Positions 47,521-60,213 of a DNA stretch of 64,000 nucleotides are shown piece by piece. Each line of letters opens with the position of its first letter. Within the stretch, counting starts at the first letter, position 1. A program made the position numbers and the translations under genes. This stretch comes from Lama glama (Eukaryota): contig CM052816.1 of the NCBI GenBank assembly GCA_028534125.1, positions 2,046,001 through 2,110,000 of the forward strand, read 5' to 3'. Below the pieces are notes generated by a model that was not told the DNA's origin, ran no database searches, and saw nothing but the letters and a program-made list of their open reading frames with translations.

Positions 47521-50255
47521 GATTGGTACCTCTCAGAGAAGTATTCAGGTCGTCAGAGTGAATGGGTGTAATGTCTGTGTGTTTACCAAGAATGAGGAAT
47601 GGGAGTATATGAAAGTAAGAATGTATTTGTGAAAAAGTCAGGCTGTGTAGACAGTGGCACTGCCCTTGCTGAAAGGCTGGACATACCCCCTTCCTGTTAC
47701 CTAATGGAGGGACGGGTGTATCTGAGCTGGTCACGAGAATGTGCGCTCATGGTACAGGTAGATGCTGAGGCCGGAAAAGCCGAATGGGTGGGGTTAATGG
47801 AGATGAAGCAGGGCCCAAACCAAGTGAAACAGACCCTGTCTTTTCTTTCTCTTCACTCTCCTTTTGTTGGATCAGGGCTGCCACCTCCCACCAACAACCT
47901 CTACCCCAGTGGGAATTTGCATATGCTGTAGGCACATGCCTGCTTCCCTCTCATAGCTCAGAAACACAGGGAGGGTGCGGGAGATACAGAGAGAGAAAGG
48001 CAGATGAAGAAGGTCTGATGGCTAGAAGAAGAAGAAAGTGGCACTGACCCTGTGCTCGTCTATCATGTCGTGTTCCTCCCAGACAGAAGTTCTAGGAAGC
48101 GTTTGCTGGTCTGATGCCACCCAATTTCAAAATCTAGGGTTGCTTTAAGCTTTGGGAAAGGAAAGACTTAGAACATGGGTGGCTTCTAAGGCTTCTAGTT
48201 TTGACTTGCACAGTTTGCATGGAGAACTGTGAGTCCAGCTTCTAGGTTTTTCCATGCTGGGGAACAAAGACCTGGAGCATCTTTGGGAAGGAAAGAGCAC
48301 TGGCGGTCAGCCTGGGAGTGCACGTTGATGGAGCACATAGACCGTGGACTCTTGACTGTCTGTGTAGGTTTCCCATCTCTGCTGGTGGGAAATGTTATTT
48401 TTGCCCCCACGGTTGTTAGCTCTTGTGTTTGCTTGGTTTGTGAGCACTCGCTGGCTTCCCTCTGTATCCTCTTCTCCTGTGGTCTCAGATGTTCTTATAC
48501 TGATCTGGCCATTTAAAAAGTGAATTTCCTGACTTGGAGATACTTGTATTCAACGTGGAATTTTTCTTCCTTAAGTCTCAATTATTAAAAACAAAAAGCA
48601 AAAAAACTAGTCTTCATTAACACAAGAGCCTGCTCACCAAAATACTTACTAAATCAGGCTGTAGAATTTGACTTTGTGACCTTTTAGGGTGGTGAATGTC
48701 AAAGACTGAGCCCAGGGCAGGGTGAAATAATAAACAACTGGGCTGTAAGATCGAGCTTGACGGGCATCATCTGAAATCGCCTCCCTGAATTTATTAGAGT
48801 TAATCAATCCAGGCTGAAAATCGGAGCGAGGAAATCTCACCCACCATGCTCTATTTCACTCACACTTACGCCAGGTAATAGAAGTTTCTGAGTTTGTTTC
48901 ACTGGTGGATTTTGTCGAGACAATCAAAGGTGTCCCCAAACGGTCGTCCCTTGGATGTAACTTGAAAAGTGACAAAATGCCCCAGAAGAAAATCACCAAG
49001 TGGTTTCACTTGAATTGCTCAAGGCTTTTTTTTTTTTTCCAAAGGTAAAACTCATTCCTTCTCTTCCAGGCTGTATGTTGGCAGTGACTAAAGTTAGCAG
49101 GAATCACATCTCGTTTCAAACATCCAGACAGACCTGTAGAGATACATTAAGGAGACGACCCGTTGAAAGAGAACTACCTAGAGAAAAATCTTTCAGGGTC
49201 CAGGCTAGGGCATCTGCTTGTGACCCCCAAGATTGGAAATAAAAAGACTGCTTTTAGTTCCACGTCGGTTCTCGGAGTGAATGGTGGCAGAGTGATGGAG
49301 GGTGTTAAGCTGTCAAAGACTAGCAAGGGTTAATAAGGTTAAGGAAGAAATAAAAGCTGGTCAACAATAAAGCAGTGTGGATAAATCAGCCCCAATAAAT
49401 AAAGCATGTCACATCATGTACACACTGTGTGGGAAAACCAGAAATCATAACTCACATGCTCGGGCAATAGTTACGGAATTCCCAGATTATTTCCCTGGGC
49501 GTCTTGCATGCTCACTCGGAGATCTCCACAGCCCCCTTTCCTGTCTGGAAATCACTTAATCGCTTCCCTTGTGGGAGAATCGCTAACATCAATCAGAGAG
49601 TGTAAAATGTAGGAAGAACAGACCCAGCGTAGCTTAGCACCTGATGGCAGGGAAAGGCGGTTATAAACCGCCACGCCAGGGAGGTGGTTCACTTCAGCCC
49701 CCTTTGACCTCCGCCCTAGAAAGGGGCGTCAGAGAGATGCCTTCTGTGTGGGCTGTTTGCCCAGCTGACTGGGGATATACAGTGGCCGAAGGATTTTGCA
49801 GTGTCTTCTGTACATGTCCTATAAGTGGCACGAAGTCTTGAGGCCCGGGCAGCCGAACTGCCTTCACACCCATAGATGCTGCCATCGGCCACGTCAGGGC
49901 CTCTGGGGCAGAAGTCTCGGAGGTGCGATGGCTCGTTTTGCCTGGGTTAGTAAGTGCCGAGTTCTGGTTCGGGTTTAAGTGGTTGGTAACTGGGCATTCT
50001 AGCTGGCCCCTCAGCCTCACTTTGATTACTTCCAGACCCAGGGGCTGTGGCGGATACTCTGACGAGGAGTCAGTCTCACTTAGAGATGATCCTACGAGTA
50101 CAAAACCCTGAGTGCAAAGACTCGTATGATGTGTTTATTTCTTAAAGACGGGTACCCCTCCTTACACATGTAGTGAATGACTGCCCTTGGGGGAAGCCGT
50201 GGGCTTATTTAATCCCTTGAAACGTTGTTTGCTCCTCAACCTGTAGCATTTAACT

Positions 50256-50389
50256 TTGCAATTCTTTTTTTGGTGGGGGGAAGTAATTAGGTTTATTTAC
50301 TTATTTATTCTTAGAGGAGGTACCGGGGCTTGGACCCAGAACCTCATGCATGCTAAGCATGCAGCCACTTGAGCTGCACCCATCCCCGG
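50256..50389 (-). mobile_element. tRNA-derived SINE (camelid Vic-1-like), longer-tail variant
   Basis: Homologous to the 30331-30433 copy (ggacccagaacctcatgcatgctaagcatgc...cacttgagctgcaccc); TSD tgtagcatttaact (50242-50255) / tgtagcatttcact (50390-50403). Confidence 0.85.
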
Positions 50390-51579
50390 TGTAGCATTTC
50401 ACTCTAAATATCCCTGGGAGAGTGGCAAGTCTCCATTCTGGGGGATGTGTTTGGAAAGAGCCAAACGTTAGAGTCAGGCAGGTGGTCCCCTTGGATAAGT
50501 TTTCTTTGTCGCGTTAGATGATAAAGCACTGAGTCTTTTTGTTTGCTTTTGCTTGCAGTAGGACTGTGATGGAATTTCCAAAAGAGAAACTCCAGAAAAA
50601 AAAAAAAAAGTCAAGAAGGGGCCGTCACGTTGGAAAAACTGCATAGCTCTTCCAAGGTTTGGGTCCTGGGAGGCAGGTCGGTTCAGCATCAGCCTTGCCC
50701 TTCCACAGGCCCGGGTTGGCAAGTGCAGGTGACATTGGTGAAGGTGAGGTTCTGTTTCAGGAAGCATCTTCCAGCAGGCTTTAGAGGTCTGTGAGAAGTG
50801 ACTTTAGTGGCTGCTCTGCTGAGCCTTTCGAACTCCTGGCCGTTGGCTGTGGAGTGTGTAGCTTTCTAGGATCTCGGCATCAGGAGTGGCCCAGGTCACA
50901 GAGATGTTGTCCGAATTTTGTTGGCTTTTCCATTCTAGGAAATAAAAGTCTTACCTTCAGCTTCCGTTTTCACCAACACTTCGTCCTTCTTTGCTTGAGC
51001 AATCCCAGTAGCAATCTAAAGAAAGAATTTTGATTCCAAAAAGCAGACTCGTAAAGCTGTGAGTTGTCAGGGAAGCAAGCATGTTTCTAGGTGCCCATCT
51101 CTTCTCTCCCCATTTCCCACCCTTTCCCCAGCTCCACGTGCGACCGCGGGTGGTTTTATTTAGAGGGCAAGGCCTGAGGACTTCCACACGGGTTGACGTC
51201 CTCGCAGTGGGCCCTCTCTGTTGTGCTTCGTGCTGTTCCATGGCAAGGAATACCTCCGTGACAGTTCTTTTAGGATGTTTCTGGCTTTCCCTACAGATCT
51301 GAACAGGGTCGGAGGTATAAAAATGAGCTGATAGAATTTTGTTTTTCTGCGTTAAAGGCAAAGTAATGTAAAACTTAAGCAAACATAATCCTTTCCTATA
51401 TCACTATCTGCGTGTTCCAAACCATACAGTTGTGGAACTTTACAAATATAATGTGGTAGAGAAAAGGCTCCTCTCTTCCAAAGACTTAACTGCTTGAGAA
51501 TATGTTTTCAGGACCCACAACATAGCGAGTTTCGTAGGTATCACTCTGAGGTAGACGGCCAATGGGAAGACTTATGAAA

Positions 51580-51750
51580 AAAAACAAAAAGCATAACTTG
51601 GACATTGGAGAGACTAGATTTGAATTTCAGCATTTCCCTTACTTGTTTCAGTCTGCATTTCATTTCCTTATCTATACAATAGGCATAATTCTTGTTTCAC
51701 AGGGTTCTTTGTGCTCTATCTATCATGTAACTGGCACATCACAGGATCAC
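51580..51750 (+). mobile_element. MIR fragment
   Basis: gagactagatttgaatttcagc...cttact...catttccttatctatacaataggcataat...ttcacagggttctttgtg. Confidence 0.55.
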
Positions 51751-54046
51751 CTGAGCAGTCTGTGATCTCTTAATTCTCTTCTTTTGCCTAAAGTTATTGC
51801 ATCAAATGAATTGCACAAACCTAGTATAGTTTTTTTTTCTTTTTGGAGTGAGAAAATTCTGGCACTGATATAGAAAATAAATTAATATTTGCTTAAGTGT
51901 TCTCTTTCCTACAAGTGAAACATAGCTTTTTATTACTGTCGATAGCCCCAAGCTTTCACAATTCCCAAAGCGAGAAGGAAGTCCAGGAACTTTGCTATAT
52001 TGAAGGACGAAATGAGACGGCAAGGGCCAAATTCTGGGCCATTTGGAAGAACATTCATTTTCATTTCACAATTCCTTTTCATATTTCATTTAGTGCATTA
52101 CAAAATATTTTTTAGAGTCCCATGCTAGAAAAGAGAAACCTTTGAACACAGACGTTCTTGCATGGTCTGTTCTTTTCATCCCTGTCCCTCTGTTCATCTG
52201 CATCTCATTTAACACAACAGAGCTGAGGAGTCACTTTGAGAAGTGATGTTGCATTGCGCAAGCAGCCTGTACCTTTACCCCACGGCTAGGCTTCAGAAAA
52301 CAGAGAAGACTCCGTTTTTAGTCCCTTTCCGCCTTCATTCGATACAAACTGCCAGGCAGAAAGCCTTTTTGCCTGTCCCCTAATTCCTCAGCCCATCCTT
52401 AATTAGTGTTTTTATGGTTTATCCCTACCATATATCTTTAAGAGTTTCACATGAGTCGGCTCCCTACAAGTTTTATTGCATTCAAAATAGAGGCAAGCTG
52501 GCAGTGTGATGGTGGGAATACATACAGTCACCAAAAGGGGGCTGGCTGTTGCTTGTAATTGATTGCTCAGCGAAGCCTGCCCGCGCACTTTACCCCGAGG
52601 CCTCGCTTTCTTCCATATGCCTAGTGTCAGAACTTGGAAGCCAGCTGGTCAGTCAGCGCACATCCTGTGGGAAGAGGCAGACACAGGCGGCCGGGTAGCC
52701 ATCAGCCTCCCTGAGCACATTTCCTCTGTGTTTTGTTAATAGTTCTGTAAGCTTTAATTATGCTGTGTGACAACACATTCATGAACTATCAAAATAAATC
52801 CTTTGAGGAGATGGCTGCGAACAAGTTTTGAAGCAACAGTGCTCATTGCAAAGAAGTAAGGAGCGAGGCAGTCAAGATTTTTTTTTTCAGGATCCCCCTT
52901 GACGTGGAAAGCAGATTGAAACGTTCTCTTGCCTTTTTTCATGGTGCTGACAAATGCTCCTTTGAAAGCTGTGCCCTTAAGAAGTTAACTGAAGACACTT
53001 ATTGCAACACTCGAGTGTATCCAACACAAGGGCTTTACAATTAGCAGCAGTAATGCGAGCATAAAAGCTGTGCCCCGATATCGGTATATAATCTAAAGGA
53101 ACACTGCAGGGTCCATTAAGGCCATTTACAGTTGAGACGGAGACTAATGGTATTAAATTATTACAGCTATTGCTAAAGGGGCATTCAGAGTGAATCCCTT
53201 CCAGCTGGGTTGGTTGTCTATGCTCTTTGTCAACAGCCCAGTCCTTTAAGGACATCCTTATTGTTCACGATCATTTAGACGTGATGCCCTGTACTTTACT
53301 GAAGGTATAAATAACACGCAACAAAAAGACTGGGAATTAGTGTTTGATTAAGCTTGGCTTAGGGTAAGCGAAGCTGGGTAGTTCTTGGGCAAAGCCCTCT
53401 GTCTCTATACATACGTACCGAGGCCTGTGACTCTCACACGGGATTGTCTGTGCTCGTGAACCATGGGCAGCAGTGTTCTAGTGCCTGGCCGCACGTGCAC
53501 AGATAGACACATAAGTCAGGCTCACTTGCATTGTTCTGTGTGACGGTTCTGTTTGGAACTCAGCAGGATTTAGGGAATTAGAAGTGTCAGAAAAGAATTC
53601 TGTTTGGATCCCAAGATTTTAAGAAATAAGCAATCTGTAACCTTCAGCACACATTACTGTCTCCCCCCCCCCCCCCCCGTGAATGTGATTGCCCTCTCTT
53701 GGGGTGAGAGATTATATGAATTTCCTTCAAGATTCTTTCCTTCAACTGTTAAGACATTTTAGCTCCCTCAACACCCAATCCAACAAGGGGAAACTATTTT
53801 GCAGGCTAATCGAGCCCTAGTCTTTGGTTTTCATTTCTAAAGCAAGGAAGTTGCAGAGAGAAATTTGGGAATGAATTCTAAGTTGCGACTGAGCTTGAAT
53901 AATGAACGTGGCATGGATTAATAACACCAGATGCACAAGAGAGAGGAGACAGACAGACAGAGGAGCCCATCTTCTCAGACAGGAGGCAAAGGTCATCGCA
54001 AATAAGATCACCTTGGTTGCCATATTAAGTATATTCATATACATTA

Positions 54047-54372
54047 CAGTTGTCCCTTGGTATCTGCAAGGGATTGGTTTTAGGGCGGTTCCTCCTAGTA
54101 CCAAAATCTGAGGATGCTCAAGTTTTTTTGGGTATGTTTGCAAATATGCTGTGCACATACTGCTAGGAATGACTGGGTATACGTTAACCCATTTCTAGAT
54201 TACGTATAATACCTAGGGCAGTGTAGAGGCTATGTCAATCGTTGTAAAGACAATGTAAACGCTATGAAAATAGTTGTCCGAGTATGTGGCGAATTCAAGT
54301 TTTGTTTTTTGGAACTTTATGGAATTTTTTTCCTGAATATTTTTGATCCACGGTTGGTTGAATCTGTAGATG
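54047..54372 (+). mobile_element. MER2-like (TcMar-Tigger) non-autonomous DNA transposon, right end missing
   Basis: TA|cagttgtcccttggtatctgcaagggattggtttt...accaaaatctgaggatgctcaagt...tctagattacgtataatacct...gaatatttttgatccacggttggttgaatctgtagatg. Confidence 0.85.
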
Positions 54373-54654
54373 GGGTCTGGGGACGCAAGTAGATAAGATA
54401 CTGTTCTGCCCTTGGGGAGCTTAGAGCCTAGGGCAGACTCAACCTAAACAAACTAAACATTTGTTTACAAGGAATTCAAGGAACTCATTGGTACCTTTGA
54501 AGCCCATCAATTGATGCCTTGATCCAAGGTGAAGAATTACTGCCTTTTGGGAATTGTGGGGCATAAGTGGGGCTGGTTTTGGAGGTGCTTGGAACTTAAA
54601 TTCTGGCAAAGGAGTTTCTCTGACATAGAAGGCGACAGGGAGCCACTAAGGAGA

Positions 54655-54750
54655 CATATAGAGAATGTTAGAGATGGGCACCGTCCATCCACCTTATTCT
54701 CAGGTGGGGAAACTGAGAGCCAGGGGCCGAGGTTGTTGCCCAAGCTCCCC
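54655..54750 (-). mobile_element. MIR fragment
   Basis: ccttattctcaggtggggaaactgagagccagggg...ttgcccaag. Confidence 0.6.
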
Positions 54751-55869
54751 AAACCATTCCCCGGGGCCCTTTATCATCCTCAGCGGAAGGAATACTGCCT
54801 GCCTGGCTCAGGCGCCTTGGGAGCTCGGGGTGGCGGCAAAGGATGCAAGATGAAAAACTGACCTTAGGTTAACATCTCCTTAGCAGAGATGCACTGAGAA
54901 TAATCAGAGATGGTAAGAGAAAAGGGGACTTGAGGAGGAAGCTAAGAACAAAGGCTGGAGCCCCTGGCATGAAAAAAGCTCGACCAAATATAGTTTCCAT
55001 GCACATGGCTGTCGGCACATGAGACACTTTCAGTGAGAAACCTCTTCTTGAACTTTGCAACAAAGCAGAGAATCTCTGCAATCTTTGAAACCTTTCACTT
55101 TGGAAATATCCACAAAACAAATGCGGAAAAACAAACATTAATGAGGCAGATATAAAACACTATGGAGAAAAAATAATTTAGCATTTTTATAGTTGCTATA
55201 GAAACACCTCAGTCCTCACTCTTGCTAATTAGTTGGATTTTACACATTTTATATTTGGAAATGCAAATTAGTTTTCATAAATTATTACTTATTTTTTTCA
55301 TTTATATTTACAGTACTGTGATGCAGACACACACAGGAAGTCTAGGCTATTACTCAGTTATCTAACGTGACACACTGAGTTCTATGAGCCTGACGTTTAT
55401 TTCCACAAGACATTTCTTGGTTTAAACAGTCTCCTGTTAACTGTTGTGGGAAATTATACAGAGATTTATAATTTTTACAGACGGAAATGAGAACATGTAA
55501 ATGATGTGGCGTTTCACTAAAGCGTTTTCTCATGGCGTCTTGAGAGAGAAGGGGGGCAGCCTCCTGCCCCGTGGATTCTAAATAATAAACACTGAAAAAC
55601 TTTTCTCTGGTCGTGGGAATTAGGGTTGGTTTGGGCGTCTTCTGAACTTCTGGTGCTCAACACTCGCCATCTGTAAACACTTACTGGACTCTCACTGATT
55701 GGAGAAGACATAGCGATGTTTGGAGAAACGGGAATATAAGGCAGGTCCAAGATCTGGAGTGGCCTAGAGTCAGTCTTGTGGAGAGGAGGCGAGTGAGCAC
55801 TCAGATTCAGTCCGTGGGGATTATAGATATCAGAAGACAGGAGGAGCGAAGCTGCAGACTTTGGCTTTG

Positions 55870-56100
55870 TTATTGAAAAGGGGGATTCTCGGACAGACCT
55901 GGGTTCAACTCCGGGCCCTGCTCCTTAACTGTCTGCAAGATTTGGGGCAAGTAATTTGACCACTCCAAGCCTGTTCCTGTAAAATGAGAAAAAGAATGAC
56001 GTCTACTTCATAGAGATTTTGTGAAGATTATAATAGAATATTTATAAAGTGTTTGGTTTGAGCCTAGTCCATTATAAGGGCTTGGCCAATGGTATCTATT
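55870..56100 (+). mobile_element. MIR SINE, near full length
   Basis: cagacctgggttcaactccgggccctgctccttaact...ttggggcaagtaatttgacc...ctgtaaaatgag...tctacttcatagagattttgtgaagatta. Confidence 0.85.
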
Positions 56101-57454
56101 ACAGAATTATTAGCACAATCGATTTTTCATTGTACATGCATTTATCCATTTTGTTCAACAATGTGTAGCTGAACAGAAAATAAAAAAGAATATTGAAAGG
56201 AAAAGAACAGCGTAAATGATGTTTTCCGTTCCACTCACTGCGTCCCCGCCTGGGACTGAGCTCTCCATGTAAATTTGCTGATAACCAGACATTTCTGTGG
56301 ATGGATATTAATGTGTAAGATTGTAAACGCATGTATAACACATGCCACGTGTGATTTGTGACTTTCAAGCCTTATTTTGACTGGATGTAATTTTTATCTT
56401 ACACGCTGACTTTAGAAGCTAACTCGCCCCTCACCGTTGAAGCCATTGTATTATACTTGTGTTGTCAATGGCCTGATGGGAGGGAACCAGTAGGTGAGCT
56501 GAAGGAAGGACCTGAACCTTCAGTTGAGACCCTGGAAGAAATCTAGGTGTGGCTCTGGATGATTTTGATAAAGAGAGAAAACGGGTAGCAGGGAAAAGTG
56601 GTAGGACTCTCGTAAATGTCCGGTGTGAGGGAGAGAGAGATCAAAGGGGGAGAGCTGAGTGAGAGGTGCCGGGAGGGGCTGCGGCCCCTGCCAGGAGGTC
56701 CTGACAGGGGTGGGGGAGAGAGGAAATGGGTCTCAGGGAGGAGACCTAATGGGTGAGTAGCCACATGCGGGAAATAAGGAACACGGAGAGAAAAATGTTG
56801 ATCTATGCCAGTATTTTTAGAGACCGAGGTCCTTTTAGTGATGTAGTTGAATATCTTAGGAGTTCTAATGCTTCTAAGCCTTTTCAGTCTTATGTCTTCA
56901 GTTACTTGAAAAACAGTAAACAGGATCACTTCCTTTCCCGGGCTGATTTCCGTCTTCTCCCGAATCAATAAGCAAGGATTTGTTTCTTCTCTGTGTATAT
57001 GACCCCATTTAAATTCAGGGTTCATGATAGCATAAGTGGCAAATGGGAGGAAAACAAATAAAGCGCGATCCACAAATGCATTTCTTTTTCAAAATGCACC
57101 GCATTGAACAAGCCAGTAGTTTTAATGTTACCTCTGTGGACGGAGGCAGGAAACGTTAAGGAACTGACGCAGTGGGGACAGCGGCGGGGAGACAGGGACG
57201 GAGGCACCTGGAAAGCGGATGCTTCTTTTAAACGGAGGGGCTGCAGCTGCTCCGCAGTTCCGTCTGCGTGTTGCTGTTGAAGCATCGGAACCCAGGGTGA
57301 CCTGACTGGACCTTTCCACAGGAGCCAGAAATTGGTATTTTAATGTGAAGTCCGATTTTCAATGATGACAAGTAATTAACACATTAAATCCACTATCAAA
57401 GCCAAATCAAAATAATTCTTTGGGTTGCTGCTTTGTCACCTTTCTCTGAGAGTG

Positions 57455-57802
57455 GCACTGTTCCGCGTGGCAGCTGCCAGGTAGCCAACGGCTACCGGGC
57501 ACTTGCAGAAGGGCTGGTTCCCACTGAGACGTGCAATCAGTACTGCGTGCACACAGGGTTTTGGAGACTGCAAGATGTACCGGTATTTTAAAAACACTGA
57601 TTACAGTAAATAGAACAGATTCATGAAAACAGAAAAAAAAATAAAAATATTGATTACAGGTTGAAATGATGATGTCAATACGCTGTTAAACAAAATATAT
57701 TTATTAAAATTAATTTAGCTGGTTACTTTCGCTGTTTAAAATTTAAATGACGTGTGGCATGCGCTGGTGGCTTGCAGCATGTTTCTAGTGGACATGTTGC
57801 TG
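57455..57802. mobile_element. MER33-like (hAT-Charlie) DNA transposon
   Basis: gcactgttcc...tagccaacggctaccgggcacttg...tattgattacaggttgaaatgat...aaaatatatttattaaaattaattt...aaaatttaaatgac...tttctagtggaca. Confidence 0.7.
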
Positions 57803-59374
57803 TAGAGAATTTGAGCCGGGTTCCCCCTCTAAGGCAGCCTCTAAGTGTGTGTGTGGTTTTCTGTGGGTGAAGGTCTACAGACTTACCACTGGTGTAGTCC
57901 TTTCTTCTTCTTAGATCAACCTAAAGGTCACGGAGGGGCTGCTTTTTTGGTGAGCCCTCCAGCCAGGTCAGTTTAGATGTAAGGATGAAGCTAAAAATGG
58001 ATCTTAAGCCTTGAGCTCAGGTTTTCGTTGGCAGTGGGTGTGTGCCCAGCTGCTCCCGCCTGTGCCCCAGAAATGGTGACCCTGACATCTGGTGTCCCAG
58101 TCTTGGGCACACAGCCCTCGGTACCTGTGTTCTTCAGGAAAAGTGATGACCTTCGGGGAATCATGTGTGTTTTGTTTGCCTCAGTGTTGCTTTTAAAAGC
58201 TTGTGTTATTGGAAGAAAGAGCAGACCCTTGAAATTTGCCCAAGATAAGCCGTCACCGTCACAGTGGGAGTCACGCGATGCTCACACTTTAACTGATCCA
58301 GGTGATTCAGGAACTAACCAAAGCTGATGCCTGGTCCGTGGGGCCACAGCTGGAAACCCCAGCTTGGAGGGTGGGAGAGCTGCTGGTCACTTCTTCTCTC
58401 CAGTTTTTCAGAGAACCATGTGTTTGTCGATCAAATCAAGCAGGCACTAAATTCAAATCCAGGAAATTCTGATCCACCTGCTAGGTGCTGGGTTCTGTGC
58501 AGAATGTCTTCACAGACATTGTCTCACTTAATTCTCGTCTCACAAAACACATCTGGTAGTCTCTATTGAGATTTTATGTGCTTAATACCAGAGAGGAAAG
58601 GAGGAATGTGTCAGAGTCTCCACCATCCCCAGACTCGTGAGGGCTGTAATAACTTTCTGAAAGGCAGGATGGTTTGAACACCTAGATATGAGCATAGAGA
58701 CTTTTCCTTAGTCCCTCTTAGTGGTTCTCAAATTTTTGTGGGTTGTGAACATGCATCCATATATGTGGTGCTTTATGGATGATGTAAGTGATGTTCAAGG
58801 CTAGTTTTGAGTATGTGTGATTTTTGCCTTCTATGCTAACTTCAGAATCTGCCTTCCTGGCTGAGATGTAATTCCTCTAAATGTCTAAGATGTCTTCATG
58901 CATGATTCCAGGTGGCTGGACACAGAGATGTGGGATAAATAGCCACTGTCCCCAGTGCTTAGAGAAGAATGTGTTGTTAATGTGAGGGTTGGCGTGGTGG
59001 GGAGAGAAAACCCACGGGAGCCTAGGCAGTGTCAGTGCTCCTGAGCTGGGGCGTAGAAGGCTGGCCAGTCTAGGGGAGACGTTCTTTGGAAGTGGAGATG
59101 CAGCAGAAGGCAGTCTGGAGGGGAAACAGCTAGGTCCTACGGCTGCCGAAGTTCAGGGACCCATGGACATTACAGTTCCCTGCAGGTGCTTTGGGTCCAC
59201 TTAAACCAAGTTAGTGTTATCTCTAGAAGGATGTTGAAGATCCAAGATGCGCCCCTGAAACTTCAGTGGTGTCCTAACTTAAAGTACAGCCAACTAGATG
59301 TTGGAGCTTTGGTGCTGGTTACGGAGAATTCAGTGAAATTCAGATGAGTTCTGTTGTGCAAGGAATATGGTGGC

Positions 59375-59590
59375 GGTAAGCTAACCTTTACTGGGGCTTA
59401 TTATATACCAGAGGCTGTGCTAAGCGTTGCATTTTTAGCATATCTCATGTAATTCACATGATACTCTGAGACGGGTATTGCCCATCCTGTTTTAGAGATT
59501 GGGAAACTGAGAGAGGTTACATCATTTGCTCCAAGTATCACACTCTTCTCTGTGTGCCTGTGTCATGGTTGGATTTAGATGCAAGTAAGG
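59375..59590 (-). mobile_element. MIR SINE
   Basis: gctaacctttactggggcttattatataccagaggctgtgctaagcg...tatctcatgtaattcaca...ttttagagattgggaaactgagagaggttacatcatttgctccaag. Confidence 0.8.
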
Positions 59591-59659
59591 GAAATTGTGT
59601 CCTGACCCTCCAAAGAAAACCAAGCAAACCTGTGGTAGGGCTGCCCCCTTTCTTCTTAC

Positions 59660-59860
59660 AGCACAAGACGGTAGATGTGGCATTCTGTTTGCCTCTCACT
59701 GGCCAGAACTTGGTCACGTGGTTACCTTCCTAAAGCAGGAGTCTTGGAAACATGGTTTTTATTCTGGGCAGTCATGTGCTCAGATCAAAAAGGAAAACAT
59801 TATCACTTCAGATGAAGGAGAAAACAGATATTTGGGGTCAGCAAGAGATTTTGGTCAACT
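59660..59860. mobile_element. MLT1-like (ERVL-MaLR) LTR fragment
   Basis: ctcactggccagaacttggtcacgtgg...cttggaaacatggtttttattctgggcagtcatgtgctcag...gaaggagaaaacagatatttgggg. Confidence 0.65.
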
Positions 59861-60140
59861 CAGGCTCCTCTTGATTTGTCTGGAAAATGAACGTGGTGGT
59901 GATTCTAAGAGTCTAAGTCCAAGGATGTTAGTGGATTAACTGGGGCTCTTTGGAAGGCATTGAATATCATGTGGCATAGCTGGGACCGTTGAAAACATCA
60001 TAGCTATTTTTAGTTATAATACGATTGAGCTTCCTTATTTCTGTTAATTTTATAGATCTGCTAACATAGTTACTAGAGAAAGATGCTTGTTTTCTACATT
60101 TTTTCCTGCATGTGCTGTGATCACTATTAAACACCGCTTT

Positions 60141-60213
60141 TGACTGGGACATTGTGCTGTACACCAGAAACTGACACATTGTAATTGACTGTACTACAAT
60201 AATAATAATAAAA
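60141..60213 (+). mobile_element. Short L1 3' tail, same family as 22506-22604
   Basis: tgactgggacattgtgctgtacaccagaaactgacacattgtaattgactgtact plus (AAT)n tail; closely similar to 22528-22582. Confidence 0.85.
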
